Assembly: GCA_965208125.1 (NCBI GenBank)
Contig: OZ242320.1
Coordinates: 960,001-1,024,000, forward strand
Length of the DNA: 64,000 bases
From: Candidatus Latescibacterota bacterium
Lineage (GTDB): Bacteria; Latescibacterota; UBA2968
Direction: 5' to 3'
How positions within the stretch are numbered: the first letter of the stretch is position 1; every line of letters starts with the position of its first letter. The notes under the pieces are model-generated. The model was not told the origin of the DNA, searched no databases, and was given only the letters and a program-made list of their open reading frames with translations. The position numbers and the translations under genes are program-made. Positions 57,684 to 64,000 of this stretch are shown here, in pieces.

Positions 57684-57920
57684 CTATAATTTATCATATT
57701 CTTCCGGCTCTACATCCGGCACATTTGCCAAAACAGCTTCAAACTTCTGGCGGCTACCTCGCTTAGCACGCTCTTTTAGATACTCAACCGTCGCCAAAGC
57801 CGACATCTTCTCCGCCACTGCCAGAGTGATAAACTGGTTCATAGAAATCCCCTCCGCCTCCGCCATCTGCTTGATCCGCTTATGCAGTGAGTCGGGCAAT
57901 CGAATGCTCAATGTACGCAT
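57684..57920 (-). CDS. Ribbon-helix-helix antitoxin (HicB/CopG-like), orphan
   Basis: LSIRLPDSLHKRIKQMAEAEGISMNQFI..AVAEK. Confidence 0.85.
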   Translation of the reverse strand: MRTLSIRLPDSLHKRIKQMAEAEGISMNQFITLAVAEKMSALATVEYLKERAKRGSRQKFEAVLANVPDVEPEEYDKL

Positions 57921-58021
57921 GACAAAGTTCCTATTCTTAATTTATACATAATACCAAACATCTTGGCAATAGGCAGAACTCACTCCTCACCCAATGAGAG
58001 AAACGAAGCAGCCTTACCACA

Positions 58022-58783
58022 TCACCGACAACAGCGAAACCCGATCCCTTTGCCTTGCCATATGGGACTGAGTCTGCCGCGCTCTTGCACCCGCACGGCT
58101 GGCGCGCCATTTACCCAACCACCACCGCGCATCACGCGCAAGCTCCCACTCTCTGGTCCCTGGGGATTTTCCCGCGGACTATTGCGATAATAATCCACGC
58201 GATACCAATCCGACACCCACTCCCACACATTACCCGACAAATCCGACACCTCAAAAGGACTCATACCATTGGGAAAACTACCCACAGTCGTTGGCTTGCC
58301 CACATGCCCATTAAAATTCAACCGCGTCGGATCGGGATACTCATTGCCCCAGGGATAAATACGTCCATCGCCACCCGCGGCCTTTTCCCACTCCGCCTCG
58401 GAACACAACCGCTTGCCTGCCCACGCGCAAAAATCCTGTGCATCAAACCAGGTCACACCAACAACTGGTTGCCGCGCGGCATTAAACCCCACAGAATCCG
58501 CACAAGCCGAAGGATCGCGTCCTGTTGTCGCAACGAATAACCTGTAATCCGCGTTCACCACCTCAAAGCGATCAATCCAGAAAGCATCCAAAAACACCAC
58601 ATGTTCGGGACCTTCATCTCGTCCATACTCATTGGTCCCCATCACAAATTCGCCCGCTGGAATTTCGACCATCTCCTCAATCAACTCGCCCTCTGATTCT
58701 GGCTGAACGGGATAATCATCGCCGCAATTAGCTATCAACCCCATCCCAATGAGCACGCACAAAAATTTCAAAATATCGCTCAT
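58022..58783 (-). CDS. FGE-sulfatase/SUMF1-fold lipoprotein lacking the catalytic Cys pair
   Basis: IPAGEFVMG, PVVGVTW, RL.SEAEWEKA, GNVWEW, RGGGW, GFRC; lipobox IANC. Confidence 0.88.
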   Translation of the reverse strand: MSDILKFLCVLIGMGLIANCGDDYPVQPESEGELIEEMVEIPAGEFVMGTNEYGRDEGPEHVVFLDAFWIDRFEVVNADYRLFVATTGRDPSACADSVGFNAARQPVVGVTWFDAQDFCAWAGKRLCSEAEWEKAAGGDGRIYPWGNEYPDPTRLNFNGHVGKPTTVGSFPNGMSPFEVSDLSGNVWEWVSDWYRVDYYRNSPRENPQGPESGSLRVMRGGGWVNGAPAVRVQERGRLSPIWQGKGIGFRCCR

Positions 58784-58865
58784 TGTAGCCTCCTAAATGA
58801 CACCGCTAAAACAGCGGCATCCGAAAGAGGTTGTTTATCCTCAATATCGCGTGTATTTTTGCGTC

Positions 58866-58898
58866 CTGGATCGCGGCTAACACCATGCCGCGATGACA
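58866..58898 (+). repeat. REP-like hairpin, copy 3
   Basis: CTGGATCGCGGCTAACACCATGCCGCGATGACA. Confidence 0.9.
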
Positions 58899-58921
58899 CC
58901 TGTGAATACGTTGGAGAAATC

Positions 58922-59422
58922 ATGAACAAAGTCACCACATATTACCTCGAAATGAAATCGCCAACTTTGCTCAACGAAAAAACGGAATCAAACGGACTGC
59001 AAGTACATGAATGCGAAATCAAACAATATCAATTTAACAAATTCCTGTATCAATTCATAGGCGGACCCTGGGAATGGACAAATAAACTCTCATGGTCAGA
59101 CGAAAAATGGAAAGCACATGTAGAAAACGACAACCTGAGAACATGGCTTGCGCAGTACAAAGGCGCACCTGCTGGATACTATGAACTCCACAAGCAAGAC
59201 GATGGCAACGTCGAAATCCTCTATTTTGGTCTGGCCACCAAATTCATCGGACAGGGCTTTGGAGGTTATCTCTTATCCCATGCAATAAAATCCGCCTGGA
59301 AGTGGGGACAAACAAAAAGAGTATGGGTACACACCTGCACCCTTGACCATCCATATGCACTGCAAAATTACAAATCACGAGGCATGGAAGTCTATCGCGT
59401 GGAGACTACTGACCAGGAGTAA
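58922..59422 (+). CDS. GNAT N-acetyltransferase
   Basis: EILYFGL..FIGQGFGGYLL, RVWVHTCTLDHP.AL.NY..RG. Confidence 0.9.
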   Translation: MNKVTTYYLEMKSPTLLNEKTESNGLQVHECEIKQYQFNKFLYQFIGGPWEWTNKLSWSDEKWKAHVENDNLRTWLAQYKGAPAGYYELHKQDDGNVEILYFGLATKFIGQGFGGYLLSHAIKSAWKWGQTKRVWVHTCTLDHPYALQNYKSRGMEVYRVETTDQE

Positions 59423-59437
59423 TGACACCAAAACCTT

Positions 59438-59470
59438 CTGGATCGCGGCTAAAACCACGCCGCGATGACA
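59438..59470 (+). repeat. REP-like hairpin, copy 4
   Basis: CTGGATCGCGGCTAAAACCACGCCGCGATGACA. Confidence 0.9.
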
Positions 59471-59526
59471 AACGGGACGGCACGGGGGCCGTCCCCTACA
59501 ACACGCGAATAAACAAAGGAGAACCC

Positions 59527-60261
59527 ATGAGACTACAAAACAAAAACATCGTCGTAACGGGCGGTGCATCGGGCATAGGGCAGGCGGCAGCGCGATGCTG
59601 TGCCCGGGAAGGCGCGCGTGTAGCCGTCGCAGATCTGGACGGAGCAGGCGTAGAACGCACAGTTCGAGAAATCGAAAACTCGGGCGGGAATGCAGCGGGA
59701 TATCACGCAGACATAAAAGAAGAAACTCAGGTACGCGCACTCTTTGAAAACATCGGCAATGCCTTTGGACACATTGATGGCTTAATCAACGCCGCCGGCA
59801 TCCTCGAAGGCGCGTTCGTCCCGATCGATGAATTTGATGAATTTACCTGGGACAGAGTCATAGACATCAATCTAAAAGGAAGCTTTCTCGTCTCAAAATA
59901 CACCGTGCCACTAATGGAAAAAACCGGCAAAGGCGTCATCGTACTCATCGCCTCTGGCGCAGGCGTCAAAGGCGGCAGTTCATCCGTCGCCTATGGCTCC
60001 AGCAAAGGCGGTGCCCACGGCCTCTCCCTCGTATTGGCGGCCCAACTGGGCAACCGCAACATCCGCGTCCACGGCGTATGTCCGGGCGGTATTGAAACAC
60101 CGCTCAAAATGCGCGTTGTACAAAAACAAGCCGACGCCTCAGGACGCGACGTCTCAAAAATGGCAGCCGGACTCGGCGACCCCGAAGGCGTGGGAAAAAT
60201 ACTGTCCTTCCTCGTATCTGATGAAGCCGATTATCTTCGCGGCAGCATCTTCACGCGATAG
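59527..60261 (+). CDS. SDR oxidoreductase
   Basis: TGGASGIG, NAAG, YGSSK; AAGGAG RBS. Confidence 0.92.
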   Translation: MRLQNKNIVVTGGASGIGQAAARCCAREGARVAVADLDGAGVERTVREIENSGGNAAGYHADIKEETQVRALFENIGNAFGHIDGLINAAGILEGAFVPIDEFDEFTWDRVIDINLKGSFLVSKYTVPLMEKTGKGVIVLIASGAGVKGGSSSVAYGSSKGGAHGLSLVLAAQLGNRNIRVHGVCPGGIETPLKMRVVQKQADASGRDVSKMAAGLGDPEGVGKILSFLVSDEADYLRGSIFTR

Positions 60262-60272
60262 GAGACCAGACC

Positions 60273-61139
60273 ATGCGCTTAGGTGTAGTTGGCCTTTTGC
60301 CCCGGGATTTTCGCACCCTGCAATCGCCACATCTTCAGACCATCCAGGACCTCGGATTCACCGGCGGAGCCTTTCACTTTCCCGCAGAACTATGTGAAGA
60401 AATCACAACCGCTGACACGGACCGATGCCGCGCACTTTTTGCCGAACACAACCTCGACCTCGCACAATTCTCCATCACATATCCCGAATGCCTCTTTGAT
60501 CCCGATCCAGAAATCCGAAACGCAATCATCCGCAAAATGAAAAAAGGAACAGAAATCGCCGCGGGACTATCTGCACAAACCTATCTCCTGCGTCCCGGCA
60601 GCCGCAACCCCGCTGGAAGCTGGACGCCCCATCGCCAAAATCACACGCCAGAAGCCTGGGATCGCCTCATCGAAACCCTGCGAAAAATCACCCCCACCCT
60701 CGAACAACACGGCGTCACAGTCGTCATGGAAACCCACCTCGTCTCCATCCTCAAAAACCCGGAAACATGCCGCAAAATGGTCGAAAGCGTCGGATCGCCC
60801 AACCTGCGCCTGGTCATGGACTACGTCAACCACTTTGAAACCCTGAGCCAGGTCTATGCCAGCACCGACCGCCTGGACCACATCTTTTCCCAAATGGGCG
60901 CTTATGCCCCGGTCATGCACATCAAAGACATCTCCATCGGCAGAGGGCTTGTGGTCCACCTCGACGAAACCGTACCCGGCAACGGCGAACTCGATCTCGC
61001 CCACTGCTTCCGGCATTTCCAGAACCACCACCCCAACAACTACGGCCTCATCGAACACCTCAAACCCGACCTCATACCCGAAGCCGCTGCAAACACCCGC
61101 GCCATCGCAACCCACGCTGGTGTTTCGATAGACGAATAG
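60273..61139 (+). CDS. Sugar phosphate isomerase/epimerase TIM barrel
   Basis: METH, MDYVN, HIKD, PG.G..D, IEH. Confidence 0.85.
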   Translation: MRLGVVGLLPRDFRTLQSPHLQTIQDLGFTGGAFHFPAELCEEITTADTDRCRALFAEHNLDLAQFSITYPECLFDPDPEIRNAIIRKMKKGTEIAAGLSAQTYLLRPGSRNPAGSWTPHRQNHTPEAWDRLIETLRKITPTLEQHGVTVVMETHLVSILKNPETCRKMVESVGSPNLRLVMDYVNHFETLSQVYASTDRLDHIFSQMGAYAPVMHIKDISIGRGLVVHLDETVPGNGELDLAHCFRHFQNHHPNNYGLIEHLKPDLIPEAAANTRAIATHAGVSIDE

Positions 61140-61226
61140 ACGACCCCGCTCCACCACCCAACGGGCGGGCACAGGGGCACCGCCCCTACAGTGTGCAGGT
61201 ACTGTTATACTGACGCTGTACACCAT

Positions 61227-61349
61227 TCAATTCGGAGAAATCCAGCGTTTTTTCCACTCCCGCATAATGTGAAAATACTGTTGCACCTTGCTATACCGGC
61301 GCAAAATCTCGAGCACCTTTAACCGCAAAACATACTTTTCCTGTTCCAT
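61227..61349 (-). CDS. Small basic protein, 40 aa (below the track cutoff)
   Basis: MEQEKYVLRLKVLEILRRYSKVQQYFHIMREWKKRWISPN; strong AAGGAGG RBS just after the arylsulfatase stop. Confidence 0.5.
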   Translation of the reverse strand: MEQEKYVLRLKVLEILRRYSKVQQYFHIMREWKKRWISPN

Positions 61350-61361
61350 AAATGCCTCCTT

Positions 61362-62756
61362 TCACGTACTCCTGTCTCCTTCTCGATACCGATCCAAAAT
61401 CCCCAGCAATTCCTCTACAACCTCTTGCTTCTCACTGAATAAATTATTCTGCTCCTCCGGGTCGGATGCCATATCGTAAAGCTGCATCGGCGGTGCATCT
61501 TCTGGCACATCTGCCTCTCTCAAACTCCAGCCACCCGAACCGCGGCATGCCACCAGTTTCCATTGATCTTTGCGAATCGCAAACTCCCCGCTAATCGAAT
61601 GATGCACAGTCGCCTCTCGAATCGTATCCTCCTGATCGCCCCGCATATACGGCGAAATATCATAACTATCCTCCCCCGCATCCCTCGGCAAATCCACATC
61701 GCAAATCCCGGCTGCAGTCGCCAGCAAATCCGTCAAACACACCGTCTTATCACAACGCGACCCCGGTTCAATCACCCCGGGCCAAGAAGCGATAAACGGA
61801 ATGCGATGCCCGCCATCCCACGCATCGGACTTCTGCCCCCGATAAATATAATTCCCCAGATGATCGTACTTCTCCTTCAACCCGATCGGCTCTTCGTGAC
61901 AGCCGTTATCACTCGTCACAATAATCAGCGTATCATCCGCCAACTCATTGCGCTTAACCGCCGCCAAAATGCGCCCAACGCTCCAATCGTGCTCCGTCAC
62001 ATAATCCCCGTATTCCCCCGCCTGACTTCGCCCTGCAAATCGCCCCCGCGCAAAATGCGGCGTATGCGGCGAAGGCGCTGGAAAATACAAAAAGAACGGC
62101 TTATCCCCATTCTCCTTCGCGTGCTGATTGATAAACCCCTCGGCGCGAATCGTCAACTCCAGCAAACACGTATCATGCATAAACCCGGGCGCACACGCAC
62201 CCCCGCGCCAAAATTCTGGCCTCGGCGAATCCGCAGTCTCCTCAAGCGGTTGCTCCACCACCACCCCATCTTCAATATAACAATACGGAGCCATATCCAG
62301 CGACGCCGGAATAATAAACGAATAATCAAAACCCACCGTATGGGGTCCGTCCGTCAACGGCGCAGAAAAATCTACCGTCTCCCCATTCGCCCGCTCAGCC
62401 CCATCTCTCACCTGCCAGCCCAAACCCAGATGCCACTTGCCCACACACGCCGTCGTATAACCCTCATCGCGCAACAGCGACGGCACAGTCATCCGTCCAT
62501 CTTCAATCAACGGCTCAGAATACCCATTCAAAACCCCGCGCTTCAACCGAGAACGCCAGCAATAGCGCCCCGTCATCACCCCATACCGCGTGGGCGTACA
62601 CACCGCAGAATTGCTATGTGCATCCGCAAAAATCATCCCCTCAGACGCCAGTTGATCGGTATGCGGCGTAGGAATCTTCGAATCGGGATTCAAACAGCTC
62701 ACATCTCCGTATCCCCAATCATCGGCCAACAGGTAAATAATATTTGGCTTGCGCAT
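61362..62756 (-). CDS. Arylsulfatase
   Basis: PNIIYLLADDWGYGD, CTPTR, GKWHLG, PH.P, SDNG, GGHRIP. Confidence 0.94.
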   Translation of the reverse strand: MRKPNIIYLLADDWGYGDVSCLNPDSKIPTPHTDQLASEGMIFADAHSNSAVCTPTRYGVMTGRYCWRSRLKRGVLNGYSEPLIEDGRMTVPSLLRDEGYTTACVGKWHLGLGWQVRDGAERANGETVDFSAPLTDGPHTVGFDYSFIIPASLDMAPYCYIEDGVVVEQPLEETADSPRPEFWRGGACAPGFMHDTCLLELTIRAEGFINQHAKENGDKPFFLYFPAPSPHTPHFARGRFAGRSQAGEYGDYVTEHDWSVGRILAAVKRNELADDTLIIVTSDNGCHEEPIGLKEKYDHLGNYIYRGQKSDAWDGGHRIPFIASWPGVIEPGSRCDKTVCLTDLLATAAGICDVDLPRDAGEDSYDISPYMRGDQEDTIREATVHHSISGEFAIRKDQWKLVACRGSGGWSLREADVPEDAPPMQLYDMASDPEEQNNLFSEKQEVVEELLGILDRYREGDRST

Positions 62757-62823
62757 AAATCCAACTCCCTTCATAATAAAGACCGTCTCTTTCCTCACCT
62801 TAAAAATAAACTCACAGGACCCT

Positions 62824-63861
62824 ATGACACAACCTCATTTTCTCCAAATACTCCAGCGCTCCAATTCCAACCCCCTCTTAACCATCGACGACATCACCTG
62901 GGACTACAAAAAAAAGCGATCCATCATGTTTCCCAGCGTCATTGATATGCACGACAAACTGGACAACCCCATTGATCGCTACTACATGTATCTCGCCTCA
63001 CACGGCGGCAGAGAAATCGGCTTTGCAACCGCGCCAACGCTCGAAGGCCCCTGGACAATGCAAAAAGAAGCCGTCCTCCACCTCGATAACTGCCCCGCCG
63101 TCAAGGGCCACCTCAGTTCGCCCGAAATCATTTATTACAACAACCGCTTCATCCTCTACTATCACGGCGGCTGTCCGCCAGAAGTGCTCAAAGAACAAAA
63201 CCGCCGAATGCCCACCCACTATTATCGCCGCATTCAAAACTCAGGCGCAGCCACCTCAACCGATGGCATCCACTTTGATGTACATCCCAACAACCTCCTC
63301 TTGCCCATCACCACACCCGATCATTGGCGTGCGGCCACCAACATGTATCTGCGCGTCGTGCCCACAGAAAACGGATGCCACGGCTTCTTCATGACCATGA
63401 GCCGCGAAGAAGCGGATTACAATAATGAAACCAAAAAACTTCCCAAAGAACAACGGAGAGGTCGCCCCCATCCCACAAGCATTGGACACGCCTATTCACC
63501 CGACGGATTAAACTGGACCCTCGACGAAACCGGTGCCATCCTCACCGCCGAAGAAATATATGGGGAACACCAGCGCATTCGCCATATTGGATGTACGCTC
63601 ATCAACGACACACACATCCTGGCGACCTATTCTTGCTTTGCCAACATCAATGCAACCTTTGAAAGCATCTTCGCTGCCACATTACAAATCAACGGCCAGG
63701 CGGTACGCCTTGTTCAAAAACACGGTACAATCTTAACACCTCAAGGGGAATGGGAAAAGCGAAATGTGCGCGACCCCTTTCCCATATTTCACGATAAAAA
63801 ACTCTATCTCTATTACGCCGGTGGCGGAGAAAAAGGCATTGGACTGGCTATCAGCGCGTGA
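62824..63861 (+). CDS. Five-bladed beta-propeller glycoside hydrolase-like protein
   Basis: NPLL, FPSV, YYMY...H, GPW, SSPEI, S.DG..W/F, RDPF..LYLYYAG. Confidence 0.65.
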   Translation: MTQPHFLQILQRSNSNPLLTIDDITWDYKKKRSIMFPSVIDMHDKLDNPIDRYYMYLASHGGREIGFATAPTLEGPWTMQKEAVLHLDNCPAVKGHLSSPEIIYYNNRFILYYHGGCPPEVLKEQNRRMPTHYYRRIQNSGAATSTDGIHFDVHPNNLLLPITTPDHWRAATNMYLRVVPTENGCHGFFMTMSREEADYNNETKKLPKEQRRGRPHPTSIGHAYSPDGLNWTLDETGAILTAEEIYGEHQRIRHIGCTLINDTHILATYSCFANINATFESIFAATLQINGQAVRLVQKHGTILTPQGEWEKRNVRDPFPIFHDKKLYLYYAGGGEKGIGLAISA

Positions 63862-63917
63862 TTGTTTTCTGAACGCAAAAACATCATTTCTTTTATTGTG
63901 TATAACACGAGGTATTC

Positions 63918-64000
63918 ATGCCCAACAAACCAAACATCCTCTGGATCTGCACCGACCAGCAGCGCTTTGACACCCTCGGCTGTTATGGCAACCCCTATGT
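63918..64000 (+). CDS. Sulfatase, N-terminal part (runs off the right edge)
   Basis: MPNKPNILWICTDQQRFDTLGCYGNPY. Confidence 0.85.
   Translation, partial: MPNKPNILWICTDQQRFDTLGCYGNPY

Noticed and set aside
58022-58783. SUMF1-fold gene as the maturase of the many sulfatases
   Set aside because: Lacks the catalytic Cys pair after RGG.W and is a predicted lipoprotein
58905-58921. GNAT as an integron cassette (GTTGGAG before the ATG)
   Set aside because: Does not match GTTRRRY, and no attC follows the gene
1-64000. CRISPR array, rRNA, reverse transcriptase/retron/DGR, integrase or intact transposase
   Set aside because: No regularly spaced repeat-spacer array and no diagnostic motifs seen by eye

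Overview
This is a bacterial chromosomal window, mostly GC-rich with several AT-richer accessory patches. It is rich in sulfatases, sugar oxidoreductases/isomerases and a dockerin/EF-hand surface protein, a profile reminiscent of Latescibacterota/Poribacteria-like marine or sponge-associated bacteria (inference only). Known systems present: a Hen1-Pnkp RNA repair operon, a type IIG restriction-modification enzyme, PolX-PHP, gdhA, korAB, gltA, msrP, dgoD and hicBA. Highlights: (1) a selenium operon broken up by the ORF track, comprising an exported thioredoxin-fold/TPR selenoprotein with a W-U-G-C site, a Sec-containing SelD and tRNA-Sec, placed right behind an msrP that has no msrQ in the window; (2) a sigma-54-driven islet encoding a GPP34/GOLPH3-cytochrome P450 fusion plus an Stf3-like sulfotransferase, inserted with a 194-bp duplication of the 3' end of an M14 peptidase gene; (3) a tandem pair of secreted S1/P1-nuclease/PLC-fold paralogues, one with substituted Zn ligands; (4) a phage-like AT-rich islet with a stand-alone TIR gene ending in a half attC site and sitting in the toxin slot ahead of an orphan antitoxin; (5) repeated cases of genes inserted with duplicated translation starts or bracketed by a REP-like hairpin. 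All calls come from motif recognition by eye; no database searches were run.
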